From the human T2T-CHM13v2.0 reference genome, Homo sapiens: a stretch of 64,000 nt of DNA. Position 1 is the stretch's first letter. The number at the start of each line of letters is the position of its first letter. Where the stretch lies: NCBI RefSeq assembly GCF_009914755.1, contig NC_060926.1, one strand, 5' to 3'. A program made the position numbers and the translations under genes. The notes under the pieces were generated by a model. The model ran no database searches, was not told the DNA's origin, and was given only the letters and a program-made list of their open reading frames with translations. Below are positions 34,757 to 48,595 of the stretch, one piece after another.

Positions 34757-35794
34757 TGTTGCGGGAAGTCAGGGATCCCAAATGGAGGGACCGGCTGAAG
34801 CCATGGCAGAAGAACATAAATTGTGAAGATTTCATGGACATTTATTAGTTCCCCAAATTAATACTTTTATAATTTCTTATACCTGTCTTTACTGCAATCT
34901 CTGAACATAAATTGTGAAGATTTCATGGACACTTATCACTTCCCCAATCAATACTCTTGTGATGCCTGTCTTTAATCTCTTAATCCCATCATCTTCGTAA
35001 GCTGAGGATGAATGTCACTTCAGGACCCTGTGATGATTGCGTTAACTGCACAAATTGTTTAAACAATATGAAATGTGGGCACCTTGAAAAAAGAACAGGA
35101 TAACAGCGATGTTCAGGGAACAAGAGAGATAACCATTAAGTCTGGCTGCCTGAGAGCCGGGGCCATATCTCTCTTCTTTCAAAAGCAAACAGGAGAAATT
35201 TCACTGAATTCTTTTTCTCAGCAAGGAACATCCCTGAGAAAGAGAATGTGTTCCCAAGGGAAGGTCTCTAAAATGGCCGCTTTGGGAACATCTATCTTTT
35301 TACGGTTGTAGATAAGGGATGAAATAAGCCCCAGTCTCCCATAGCGCTCCCAGGCTTATCAGGACGAGGAAATTCCCACCTAATAAATTTTGGTCAGACT
35401 GGTTGTCTTCTCTCAAACCCTGTCTCCTGATAAGATGTTATCAATGACAATGCGTGCCTGAAACTTCATTAGCAATTTTAATTTCTCCCCATTCCTGTGA
35501 TCTCGCCCTGCCTCCATTTGCCTTATGATATTTTACCTTGTGAAGCATGGGATCTCTGTGACCCACACCCTATTTGTACACTCCCTCCCCTTTTGAAAAT
35601 CATTAATAAAAACTTGCTGGTTTTGCAGCTTGGGGGGCATCACAGAACCTGGCAACATTTGATGTCTCCCCTGGACATCCAGCTTTAAAATTTCTCTCTT
35701 TTGTACTCTTTCCCTTTATTTCTCAGGCCAGCCGACACTTAGGGAAAATAGAAAAGGACCCATGTTGAATACTGGGGGCTGATTTCCCCAAACA
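34757..35794 (+). mobile_element. MER11 (HERV-K11/HML-8) solo LTR, 1038 bp
   Basis: Starts tgttgcgggaagtcaggga, ends ccccaaaca; perfect 6-bp TSD gtagta (34751-34756, 35795-35800); internal repeat gaacataaattgtgaagatttcatggaca x2; AATAAA near 35606. Confidence 0.92.
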
Positions 35795-35800
35795 GTAGTA

Positions 35801-37302
35801 GACAAAGATTTTTAAAATTTGATGAAAGAAGTGCCAGCCATAGAATGAATGCGGATAAAGATTATGTAAGATGACATTAAAATTGAGAATCTCTGCTTAT
35901 CAGAAGACATCATTAAGACAAGGAAAAGGCAAAACACAACCTGAGAAAATTTACTTGCCATAAATATACCTGATAAAAGACTCATATCCAGAGTATACAT
36001 ATGACAAAAGGACTCCTACAAAACAATAAGAAAAAGGCAAATAGACAATCCAGAAGAAAAACAGATAAGAAATGAACAGGCATTTAAAAAAAGATGTCCA
36101 AATGGCTAATAAGCGTATGACAAGGTATTAAATTTTACTTATCATCAGAGAAATGTAAATAAAAACCTCAATGTACATCACTATATACCTACCAGAATAT
36201 CTAAAATGAAAATAAAGATAGGCAAAATGAAGTGTTGATGAGGATGAGATATAAGTGGAACTCTTAAACACTGTTGATACAAGTAAAGATTGGTGAAATT
36301 ACATTGGAAAATGTTTAGCAGTGGTATGGTTTGTATTATGTATCACCCAAATTCATATGTTGAAGTTCAAACCCCCAGTACCTCAGAATGTGACCTTATT
36401 TGGAAATATGGTCACTGCAGACATAATTACTTAAGATGAAGTCATTAGGGTATCACCAATGTAACCAATATGACTAGTGTCCATATAAAAAAGGCAAATT
36501 TGGACCCAGAGACATAAACAGAGGGAAGACAATGTGAATAGAAATAGGAAGAAAACAGTAGCCTACAAGTCAAGAAAGAGAGCCCTGGAAAAGACAATTC
36601 CTTCACAGCTCTCAAGAGGAACAAACCCTGCCCACACCTTAATTTTGGACTGCTAGCCTCCAAAACTGTGGGAAAATAAATTTCTGTTGTTTAAGCCACC
36701 CAGTTGCGGTATGCTTTTATGATAGTCCTAGCAAACTAATATAGGCATTATCTACTAAAGTGGAAAACATGCACAACCTATGACCTAACAATTCTTCTTG
36801 GTAGATATACATCAGAAATGTGTATATATATTCACCAAAAGATTTGTATAAGAACATTCATATCATTACTATTCTATGAGCCCCAAACTAGAAATAACCC
36901 AAATGCTCCATAGTAGAATGAATAAATTATGGTATATTCACATGATGGGATTTTACATGGCAATGAGAATGAACGAACTACAACCGCATACAAAAACATA
37001 GATTGAACTCACAATAATGTTGAGAAAAACAAGATACAAAAGAATATACAATTACAATAATATAGTTGAACAGGCAAAAGCAATCTATAACGTTAGAAGT
37101 CAGGATAGTGGTTACTTTTCAAGAAAAAGGAGATAGTAATGATTGGGAAGAGGCAAGAGGGAGGTTTCTGTGATGCTGGCAATGTTCTATTTCTCGATCT
37201 TGGTGATGCTATACTGTGAAAATTCTTCAAGCTATACATTCATAATCTATGTACCTTTGTCCATGTAAATTACATATCAGTAAAAAAAAAAAAAAAAAAA
37301 AG
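35801..37302 (+). mobile_element. Old L1M 3' portion with A-tract end; continues an element from about 33640
   Basis: Degenerate ORF2-end and 3'UTR motifs; A-run at 37282-37301. Confidence 0.7.
36322..36743 (+). mobile_element. MLT1-type MaLR solo LTR
   Basis: cccagtacctcagaatgtgaccttatttggaaat...aataaatttctgttgtttaagccacccag...gcaaactaata. Confidence 0.88.
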
Positions 37303-37699
37303 TACTTTAAAAAACTGAACAGGTTGGTTAAACAGCAGATTAGACCAGCCGGTTGTGAATTCTATGAGAGAACTTGAAAACAGTCATAATGTAGCACAGA
37401 CAGAGAAAATATAAGAGACATTAATAGAAGCATAGGATGAAGTAAAAAGGTCAAGTATAAATCTAACTGGAATTGCAGCAGACAAAACAAATGGGGGAGA
37501 AGCAATATTTGAAGAGGGAATAGCTGAGAATTTCCTAGAATCAACAGACACAAATCCCAGATTTAAAACGCACAATAATCCTAAACAGGATAAATAAAAA
37601 GAAAACCATACTGAATAGAGTATAGTGAAACTACAGAACTCCAAAGACAAAGAGAAAATCTTCAAGTCAGATGATGCACAAAGGAACAAAAATTAGACT

Positions 37700-38475
37700 G
37701 ATTTTTTTTTATTTTGAAAAATTTCAAACTCATAGAAAAGCTAAAAAGAATAATTCAATGAGTGTACCCCACAGATTATGCCACTCACCAATGAAGACAC
37801 CCACCAGAATATACTCCTCACTAAATTCACACTGTTAACATTTTGGCTCATCCACTCAAAATGTTTCTGAACATAAGTCCTTCCCTTTTGGGAAAATGTA
37901 GAAAGTATAGCACTAACAATAGCACTATTATTCTTTGTCTGAAAATTCTTTATCATGCATTTATCAGAAACAAGAACATTCTTCTATTCAATGACAACAC
38001 CATTACCTCATCTAAGATAATCAACATTAATCCAATAACACCATCTAAAGAGAGTCCTGATGAAATTTTCCCAGTGATCTTAAAAGCGTTCCCTAAAGCT
38101 TTTCTTTTTGCTGATCCAGGATCTAATCAAGGCTCGTGCATTACTTTCAGATGGTATAGTTATTAGGTCTCTCTCAATTTAGAGACTTTCCTTGATACAC
38201 TACTTCCTTTGATTTTTGATGACACTGAATCCTTTGAAGAGTCCAGGTCAGTTGTCTTGAAAAAATGTTCTACATTCTGGATTAGTTGGACTGATTCGCC
38301 ATGATTCCTAGATCAAATGTTTCCAGTAAGAACACCACATAAGGTAATGTTACGTCTCTCCCGTGCACCACATTATGCATGTGGCTGTCCCACTATTAGC
38401 AATACCAAGCTCGGCCATTTTGTAATTTTTCCCTTTGTAATAAATAAGTCATCTGTAAGGTGATATTTTGAGACT
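37700..38475 (-). mobile_element. Old L1MC-like 3' end inserted in an L1 ORF1 remnant
   Basis: ttttattttgaaaaatttcaaactcatagaaaag start; degenerate. Confidence 0.5.
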
Positions 38476-40202
38476 CAAGGGTATTATCAATGACAATTAT
38501 GGAAGCCAGAAGACAGGAGGATACCACCTTCAAAGTGCTAAGAAAAAAATAACTATTACAGCAGACCTATATTGCCAATGAAAATATTACTGAAGAATGA
38601 ACTCAAGATAAAATATATCCTTAAATTATTTTTAAATCCTGAAATTATTATTTCATGGGCAAGTAAACAAAAAACTTGATGGGAAACATTGCCAAGTTTC
38701 CATTTGCCAAAAAACATAATAAAAAATTTCCACTACTAACATCATGCTTTCCGAAAAGAAAGGACAATTCTAAGCTTCCAAAAAAGAAGACTTAAGCTCA
38801 AAATAAATGAAAGTTCTCTAAAATGAATGAATTTTGCTTTATGAACAGCACACTTTTTATTTTCTCATTTTGCTACATGTATCCATATTTTGTTAGGACT
38901 GGTTAACAGTCCAGGGACAAGTGTTTGGAAATTACTAAGTCTAGCTATGAAAAAGGGAAAAGGCATTTTATTTCACCATTATGAAGAACTCGGGCTTCTT
39001 TTTTAACCACAGTAATTAGGATTATAAAATCCATTTCATAGTTAACGAATCTGAAGTATGAATTGTTAAAGAAGCATGCACAGCATCACAGAGATAGTAA
39101 GTGGCTCAGATTTCAACCAAGTCTAAACCTAAAGCGTACGTTCTTTCTACTCCGCCATAGTGAGAAGCCCAACCACACAAGTATGAAATACCTAAAGGAG
39201 TTAAAGGCTGTCAAATGGCAGTTTAAAATATCATTTGTGACTGAATCTTCAGGAATCTGAGGACCGTTAACACTGTGAATATGGAAGAGTACAACTTTTC
39301 TAACTCCATAAAAGCAATGGAAATCTACAGAAGTGATGTCTAGGCTGGAAAAACTGAGAAGATGCAGGTGTAAGGTGAAAAACACCAGATATATAACCTT
39401 AAGTGTCAACTAACAGCTATAAATACAAATGTGTACAATAGACACAAACTACTAATACATGAATCTCACTCAGTAAGATTACAATAATTTTAAGAAGTTT
39501 TTCATAAACAGCACATATTACTGGATTCCATTTATATAAACCATTAAAAACAGGCAAAATACAAAACATCAGATCAATGTGAGAGTGGGGACTGACTGAG
39601 AAAGGGAATGAAGTAACTTTCTAGGATGATGGGTTTGGGTTATAAGAGTATATGCATTTGTCAAGGTTTGTACATTTCATTAATTAAATCTCAACAGAAA
39701 AAAAAGTCTGTAAACAAATACGAATTCTGGTTAATCATACATATATTTAAGTATATATGGGAAAGTATAATGATGTCTGCAATTTACTTTGAAATGAATG
39801 AAAATAATAAAAGGGACTGATGGGACAGAAGGATAGAAGGATGGATTCATAGATAAATACGTGATAGACCAAGCATGGCAAAATGTTAATAATAAACTGT
39901 GGGTGTTGCCTCTACCAAGCATTTACTCTAACATTCTTTCAACTTTGTTGTATGTTTTTTAAACTGTTCATAATAAAATGTTGAAGAGAAAGTATATGAT
40001 ATATGTGACTGTGGAACTAAGACAATGTTATCCTTAAAAATATAGAAAACCATATAATGGCCCAATTTGATGGAAGAGATCATATAACTATCACAAAGTT
40101 TGAAAAAAGTAAAGAAATACAGACAGTAGTATAAGGTACTCATAAAACACACCCAGAAGTTGCTAAATCTAAGGTGGAAAATAAAAAGAATAAGAATACA
40201 AT

Positions 40203-40501
40203 GGATGGGTGCAGTGGCTCATGCCTGTAATCCCAGCACTTTGGGAGGCGGGGCAGAAGGATCACTTGAGCCCAGGAGTTCAAGACCAGCCTGGGCAACA
40301 TGGTGAAAACCCATCCCTTAAAAAAACACAACAAAAACAAAAATTACCCGGGTGTGGTGGCGTGCACCCTGTAGTCCCAGCTATTCAGGAGGCTGATGTG
40401 GCAAGATTGCTTAAAACCAAGAGACAGAGGTTGCAGTGAGCCAAGATCGTACCACTACACTCCAGCCTGGGTGAAAGGGCAGAGTCTATTAAAAAAAAAA
40501 A
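40203..40501 (+). mobile_element. Alu (J-type)
   Basis: gatcacttgagcccaggagttc. Confidence 0.92.
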
Positions 40502-40852
40502 TCCTTCTGGTAATAGACAAAAAAACAAAAAACGATGGAAATAAGTTGAATTAGTTTCATGTGAAAGCAATACATTCTAGAAAACTGTCAATATATGAGT
40601 TGCTGAGAGTATCTGATAACTGAAATAATTAAGATAACTGAACATACTTTCTCTTAAGAAATCACAATTGGTTCAATATATTTCAACATGAAGTATAAGT
40701 CAACCATAGTAAATGGATAAAGCTAACTTGGTCACAATCAATTCTACTAAAGAAAGACTGTGAATACACGAAAAGAAAGTTTGAACAGAACTTTGTTTTT
40801 AATACACTTTCCAGGAATTTAACATTTTTAGCATGTCTTCAAAGAACTTTAC

Positions 40853-41013
40853 CTGCCATTTCTTTTGAGGGCAAAAATGATGCCATCTTTCTGGAATGGA
40901 AGTAGCTTTGCTCTTAGTCTGTCAGGCAAAAAATCCAGCAGATTATCAGATTCATTTGTCACACAAGAAATGTGAGGTGTAAGAGACTTTTTTATGTTAT
41001 GAACCCTAGGCAT
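40853..41013 (-). CDS. ZRANB3: First coding exon of ZRANB3 (SNF2-family annealing helicase/endonuclease), 53 codons + 2 nt
   Basis: Minus strand reads polypyrimidine tract tgtttctttgtttttAG|GATCATC-ATG-CCT-AGG... to ...AAT-GGC-AG|GTAAAG. The translation matches the recalled N-terminus of human ZRANB3, including the LLPFQKDG Q-motif just before helicase motif I. Exon is 40853-41020 with 7 nt of 5'UTR and A at -3 of the ATG. Confidence 0.95.
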
Positions 41014-41817
41014 GATGATCCTAAAAACAAAGAAACAACAAAAAAGGGAGGGGTATAAGAAATAGATATTACTAAGTATGTTACAGAATCACATATAAAT
41101 AATATTAAAGTACTTATAAATAGCTTTGACATACCATTTATATAAACTAAATCATATTCTCACAGTAAGCTACTAAGAAAATTCAAAGCACTGAGTTTGA
41201 AAGCAATTACTTAATGCACTCTCTAGGAACTCAGCATGCACTATTTCATTTTGAGCCATAATACCATATACTATACACCAGTTTAACACCACAAATTTAT
41301 TACTAAAAAATTATAAATAAACTAGATTTTTCACAAATCGAATAATTTTTAAAATAAGGGATGAATCTGCTAGAGAAAGATGAATCCTTTAATAATTCAT
41401 CCTTTTATGGATCCACATTTTCATATCACACCAGATTTTCTAAGAGTGAGGTAAAGCTACATTTAAAAAAATTATAAAATACAAAGACATTAACTCCAAA
41501 ATCAAATTTATACTAATTAAATTAATGTAATATTATTAAATTGTTTAAATATTAAAATTAATTCTTTTTAATGAGCTGAATCCACAGTATAGCACTTTGC
41601 CTGATTAACACCTTCCTCACCCCCTGGTTTTCCACAGATGTTACTGTAATTTTCTATGACATAAAAATGTCATATATCTGTAAATTCTTATAACTCTGGA
41701 AGAAAATGTCCTATTATACAACTACACTATAATGCCTATCAAATAATAATATTTTGTATTTAGATGGTACCCTGCCTTCTGTTTATATATTATCTCATCT
41801 TTAAAAAAAAGTTTGCG

Positions 41818-42113
41818 GGCCAGGCGCGGTGGCTCACGCCTGTAATCCTAGCACTCTGGGAGGCCGAGGTGGGTGGATCATGAGGTCAGGAGTTCAAGAC
41901 CAGACTGGCCAATATGTTGAAACCCCATATCTATTAAAAATACAAAAATTAGCTGGGCGTGGTGGCGCTCGCCTGTAGTCCCAGCTATTTAGGAGCCTAA
42001 GGCAGAAGAATCATTTGAACCCAGGAGGCAGAGGTTGCAGTGAGCCAAGATCATGCCACTGCGCTCCAGCCTGGGCGACAGAGTGAGACTCTGTCTCAAG
42101 GAAAAAAAAAAAA
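41818..42113 (+). mobile_element. Alu (S-type)
   Basis: TSD aaaaaaaagtttgc. Confidence 0.95.
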
Positions 42114-42629
42114 GTTTGCTTTTTTCCTCAATTACATGCAGACTTATATAACTATTGCTCTCTTCCATCCAAAAAAGTAACCAACTTCTGTGTCTACTAA
42201 GAAGGTCAAGAACAAAGCAAGTATTTATTTATTAATAACAAATAGGTACTACATGCCACAACCTAGAGAAGCAAGACCCACGCACTCGTAGGGTTTATAT
42301 TCTTCAGGGGAAAACTAAAAATTAGCAAATAAATAAATATGACGGTTTTTCTTTTTTGTTTTCAGCTACACCTGATCGAATGGGAAGGATGATTAATTAT
42401 AATATAGCACAAATAGTGTAAGGAATTTAAGAGAGTACTGGTCACTTTAGGTAGGCTGACCAAGAGTGGCCTGTCTTAGGAAGTGCTGTTTGGCTTATGG
42501 TCTGAAAGATGTAAAAAGCCACCCAGGATCAAAATTAAGAGAAGAGCAGTCCGAGGAAAGAGCATCACTGCAAAGGACCCAAATTGAGAAAGGGCTTGGT
42601 GTTTTCGGAAAACAGAAAGAAGGCTAAGG

Positions 42630-42931
42630 TGGACCAGACACAGCAGTTCATGCCTATAATCTCAGCACTTTGGGAGGCCAAAGTGGGCGGATCACCTGAG
42701 GTCAGGAGTTTGAGACCAGCCTGGTCAACGTGGCGAAACACTGTCCTACTAAAAATACAAAAATTAGCTGGGTGTGGTGGCACAGGCCTGTAATCCCAGC
42801 TACTCAGGAGGCTGAGGCACAACAATCACTTGAATTCAGGAGGAGGAATTTGCAGTGAGCTGAGATCGCACCACTGCACTCCAGCTTGGGTAACAGAGCA
42901 AAACTTCATCTCAAAAAAAAGAAAAACAAAA
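42630..42931 (+). mobile_element. Alu (S-type)
   Basis: Dimer with A-tail. Confidence 0.92.
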
Positions 42932-43059
42932 GCCAATGTGGCTGATGATCCAAAGGAGGGAACGGTGTAAGATGAAGCTACCGAGATAAACAAGAGCCAA
43001 ATCATATACAGCCTTGATAATAACTTTGGATTCCTTTTTAAGAAGGAATGCTAATGGAG

Positions 43060-43242
43060 TTGTGCTGTCGCATACACCATTAACAAAATGTTTAATTAAA
43101 ATTAAAATTAAAAATTCAGTTATCCAGTTTCACCAGCCATGTTTCACGGGCTCAACAGTAACATGTGTCTGGTAGCTATGATATTTAATAGTAAAGATAC
43201 AGAACATTTCTCTCTTCACTTAAAGTTCTATTGGACAGTACT
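43060..43242. mobile_element. MER3/MER33-type MITE remnant
   Basis: aaaattcagttatccagtttcaccagccat...aaagttctattggacag. Confidence 0.7.
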
Positions 43243-44197
43243 CAATGGAAGGTTTAAACAGGGGAATGACACAATCTGACTTACATTTCAAAAAACACCT
43301 GAAGGAGACAAAGATATCAATAAGGAGGCAGGAGATAAATGTTCTTATAGGATTTGGCCACTCAACAAAGCCTCCACTGCTTCAGTAGGCAATTGAATTT
43401 AGAAATGATTTATGAGTCAGTTCTGTCTGAATAAGGTCCTCATAAACACTCATGAGTGGCCCTCCCTAGGACCCTCTCACCACCACCACCCCCATAACAA
43501 AACTTAGCAAGGAATAGAGAATGGAGCAAAAAGGGAAAGCATGAAAGCAGGAAAACTGTTTTCAGGTTGCAACAGACAAGGCAAAAAACCTTTAGCAGTG
43601 AAACTGAAAAGATTCACGAAGTATATCAGAGGTAAAGCAAACAGCATCTGCTGATGCGGTACATGTAGAGAATAACAGAAATGTAGAATCAAAATGTGGA
43701 CCTAGAGTGATGGAGTTAGTGATGCAATTGGCTGGGATGGTAAGGACTACAGAATAAATAAATTGGGTAGAAAAAAAATCCACAGATTTTCTTTGAGATG
43801 GCTATAAGATAAGAAGTGGAAATGTTGGGTATGCTTGAAAATATATGAGTCTGAAGTTCCTATAGGGAGAGATAGAGAATGGATACACACAAGAAATATC
43901 AGACACTTTCCCAGCCTGCCTTAGAGCTACTAATCAGATATACTATTGTGGACTTTAGAAAGTCAAAACTCAAAGGAGCAGAGATTAAGTAAAATTCCTT
44001 CTGGCAAGGCTAACAGCAGCAGAAAACCATGTCCACTTTCCAGAAGTAACAGGAGTTTCAGAAGCACTTTTTAGGGTCAATGGGATAAAGGATGTAATGT
44101 TTTAGGGTGGAACACTGGCAAGAAGTTAAGTAAAAAATTTTAAAAAAAAATGTTGCTGTCTATCATCTTTATTCAAGACTCCTTTTTTTTTTTTTCT

Positions 44198-44526
44198 TTG
44201 CTGGGTGCAGTGGCTCATCGCTGTAATCCCAACACTTTGGGAGGTTGAGGCAGAATAGCTTGAGGTCAGGAGCTGAAGATCAGCCAGGGCAAACAGCGAG
44301 ATCTTGTTGCTTACAAAAGATCATAAAATTAGCTGGTTGTGGGGGTGCATGCCTGTAGTCCCAACTACTTGGGAGGCTTCAGAGGACTGCTTGAGCCCAG
44401 GAATTTGAGCTATGATCTTGTCACTGCACTCCAGCATGGATGACAGAGCGAGACTCTATCAAGAAAAGAAAGAAAAGAAAAGAAGGAAAGGGAAAGAAAA
44501 GAGAGAGAGAGAATAACAAAACAAAA
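44198..44526 (+). mobile_element. AluJ with GA-rich tail
   Basis: Diverged Alu; TSD core gactccttt. Confidence 0.88.
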
Positions 44527-44627
44527 CGACTCCTTTACATTTTACTTAGTAAAAAATTTTAATAGACACTCCAAAAAAATCTGGTAAATTGGGGTCACTT
44601 TGCCACTTACATGATTTATTTTTATGA

Positions 44628-45020
<393 letters not shown>

Positions 45021-45564
45021 TTAATAGGCACAAATAAGAGAAAAAATTAAATATGAAGATAAAAGAAATCTAAAACATTATGAAAATGTACAGAAAAAAA
45101 TTTCAGTTGAATTTAAGATTATAGTGTGGTTCATTGATGATTTAAACAGATATTTGGATAAATAAAGAACTTAAAAATATGTAGTGGTACAATGTAATGA
45201 ATAGAACATGAATGTTTTTGTTAATCCTAAAAATAATTTTTAAAATATTCTTTTCTATTTATAGGATCTAAAGTAAAAAAGGTGTAATAAAGAATATCTC
45301 ATGTAGGTTCAGCCATATAGGTTTAATTGCTACAAAAAGTCAGTTGTAATCAACATTACATTAATAAAAGAAGATGCACATTTTAACTTCATTCTAGATT
45401 ACCAAGAAATTAACAGTTACAATAATGTGCATACCTTTTTAATAATGAATACTTTATTCAGTTCAAAGGTTTAACTTAAAAGGTTTTATTCAATATATAT
45501 ATACTAATTTACTTATAGCAAGGCGGGGGGAGCCTATCAAAATGAAACCAGGAATACATAATTT

Positions 45565-48500
45565 AAAAAAAAATTTTCTTCCAGAAATATTTTAATAAAC
45601 ATTGACCATTTCCAAGAAACACCCACTGCATGCCCACCAATGAAAGAGAATCATAACAAAATAGAAAATTTACCATATGGCTATGATTTAAAGAAAAAAA
45701 AATGTGGACAGGAGCACATCAGCAAAGTCCATTATTAAAGTCACATTCCTTCTTATGGGCTATGAATAGGAGTCCGATTAGATACCAGAATAAAACTTAC
45801 TACAAATGCTGAACCATTTAGGTCAAAGAACCTCTACAGAAGCATCTGTCTTCAAAGGGATTCTAGTTTGAGACTCAATTTTAGAATAAGGTATAACAAA
45901 TAATGTTAACGGAAGACATACAAGGTGATAAAAGAGGGTTTCTACAATTCCCCACATGAAGTATAAGTCAACCATAGTAAAACCTAATAAAACAAATCTA
46001 GATATTAAAAACAATATCTGAACCTAATAAAACAAATCTAGATATATTAAAAAATTATTTTTCTTTAAACAATTGCCAAGACTAAAATCAAAGATAAACA
46101 GAAGGCACAACAGTTTTGTTCTGGTTGTTATCTGGGTTTTGGGAATATTTTGTCTTTTGTTTTTTTACAAATACAAATTAAACATGAAAAAACTCTACTT
46201 CAAAAAAACTAACAGTTCAAGAAAAGCCCATCCAGTTGCATTCTAGACATTTAAAACCTATACCACAATATAAATTTCAATGGTAAAAACGGTAGGTTTT
46301 AGAATTGTTTTGTGATCCTATATCAAAAGAAAAGTTCTATTCCTTTTATTGTTTTTAAACATACCAGCAAGAATCAAAATTGTCAAATTTTCCAAATTTT
46401 AAACATACCAGTGAGAATCAAAATTGTCAAATTTTCCAAACCCACTGTAAAAACAGGTTTTAGAAGTGTTTCGTGATCCAATATCAAAAGAAAAATTCTA
46501 TTCTTTTTATTCAGTTTTTAAACATACCAGCGAGAATCAAAATTGTCAAATTTTCCAATGGCAATTTCTCCACACCAGAAAGTGGTTGTGACTCTCAAAG
46601 AAGTAACAATTTGGGGTTTTCCTGCCTTCAAAATGTTATCAAATCCTGTATTTCTCACAGGCTTTTGAAACACACAGAAAGTAAGAAATATTCCAATGAA
46701 TGAAACGTACCAAATGTCAGTAATACGCAAGACACATTCCTTTGGGGAAATGGCTGTTAGGAAAAAAATCCAGTCTGTACATGCAAAATAAGCAAGGAAA
46801 TTCAGTCTTTCTTTCTTCTTCTTCTTGAAAAATCCGTTACTCCTAAAATATCATTCCACAAAATTGGAAGTGAAAGACTAAAGGTCAGGAAAGGGAAGAG
46901 AGGGAGAAGGAGCACACATCATTAACACACAAAAGAAGTAAAATTATACTAACTTAAGCAGTTTATAACAAACTGGGGTCATACTCCAAGATACCAAAGG
47001 CTGGTCAAAGAAATTCACCATTCTGTAGGAGCTAGGGTTTGTATGGCCGCGTGAAGATCCATGAAGATTCACTGCCATGGAGCAAGCCTTCTTCCCACTC
47101 CAAATCCTGCTTTCTGCACCATGCCTCCATGAGGAGGGCCTCTCATTCCACCACCCAGCCCACATAGAGGGCCTCCAGGTCCCCTAAGGCGATCATCTCG
47201 TCAGTCCCCTTCCCTGGCAGCTCGAGTCTTCTTCTCTTCCACATTCAGACAGACCTCACCTCTGAACATGATGGGCCTGTTGCGAAGGACCTTCTGAACA
47301 GGCTCAGAATCATCAAAACAAAACCAAAACTGGGTAATTTCCCACCACTGTTAATGTGCAACTCCACCACGTTCCCATAATTTTGAAAGAAATCTTTAAG
47401 CTCTGATTTGTCCACTTCATGAGGCAGGTTGCCAATGAAGAGTTGGTGACTGTCAGGGTGTCTCACCACTCTTTGGGGTTCAATGTCACCTTGCTCACCA
47501 GCCTCACAGATCGGTCTGGGTCCCCTTTGGGGAGGAATATTTCTTCGTTGTTCTCACATCCTTTGATCCCTTTGAGGTTTCTGTGGTGGAATCTGAGATT
47601 CAGGCTTAGACTCTGTACAGGGCTGTGAAGCTAGTACTTTACCAACATAAGGAGGTATCCCAGTAACTGGAACAGCTCCACTGGGTTGAAGGTTGTTACT
47701 GGTCACAGATGCCCAAGAAAATGTCCTCAAGTCTTCCCATACTGTCTGAGATATGTCTGCAGGTGCTGGAGAAGAACTCTTCTGAGCATCCTCAGGAGCA
47801 GTTTCTTCTAATACTAGCTCAGACTTTTCCTCTTGGATTTCAGATACACATTCTTGTTCTGGTTCTGGCTCAGGATCAGGCTCCAGTTCAGCAACTGGCT
47901 CCTCTAAATGTTCTTCCACGTCATTACTGACAACTGCCTGATCACAGAAAGTTCCAGAATCATCAGGTACCACCTGAGGTGTTTGCTGTCTTTTCTTCAC
48001 GTTCCTCTACTACTTCTTCAGACTCCTCCTGAGGCTCAGTGACAAACCCACCAAAGACCTCATCTTGCTATCTGAAGATATCATTGTGAACATAGAACTG
48101 ATTTGCAACAGACCCCTCAGGAGCAAGTACGAACATCTGCATGAATCTCCTCAAAGCCTGGTTGTTGTTAGACAGAAGCCCCAACACCTGGACTACCACA
48201 CCATCATTTAGTGTGGCATAAGCATCAACATGGAGAATCTTGGTGTGGCAGTTGCTGAAGTTTCGTGACATCACTTTCCTGTGGATTTCTTTCTGTCCAT
48301 AAACTGCATCTGCTAGCTTTCTATTTGAATCCAATCCCCCATGGACATAAGAAGAGTTCCTTCCATAAAATCTATGCAGCATGTCTGGGGCCTAGTTCAG
48401 CAGTGTGTAATGCTGTCTCACAAATTCCCACCCAACCAGCAGGGGACTAGCCTTCTCCATCACCATTGCTTTGGTCAATTCAAACTGAGGGGAAAAAGTC

Positions 48501-48595
48501 AAATATGTCCAAACCTGTGCGGCTGAGCTGGAGAGGAACTAACTCTGCTACACAGCACTGATGATGGCAGAAACCCCTCATGCAACTGTGTCCGC
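45565..48595 (-). pseudogene. G3BP1P1: Processed G3BP1 pseudogene (probably G3BP1P1): 5'UTR, disabled CDS 48466-47069, long 3'UTR
   Basis: Intronless. ORF pieces match G3BP1 NTF2-like ([15 protein letters not shown]), acidic (EEHLEEPVAE..) and RRM ([14 protein letters not shown]) regions. Stops at codon 25 (48394-48392), 48068 and 47554, plus frameshifts. TSD accag(g/c)aatacataattt at 45547-45564 and 48596-48613, at a TT/AAAAA L1 endonuclease site. The symbol is from recall. Confidence 0.93.

Noticed and set aside
34812-34931. 29-bp direct repeat as a new duplication
   Set aside because: As recalled, it is an intrinsic feature of the MER11 consensus
47069-48466. Functional G3BP1 retrogene
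   Set aside because: Stop at codon 25, further stops and frameshifts
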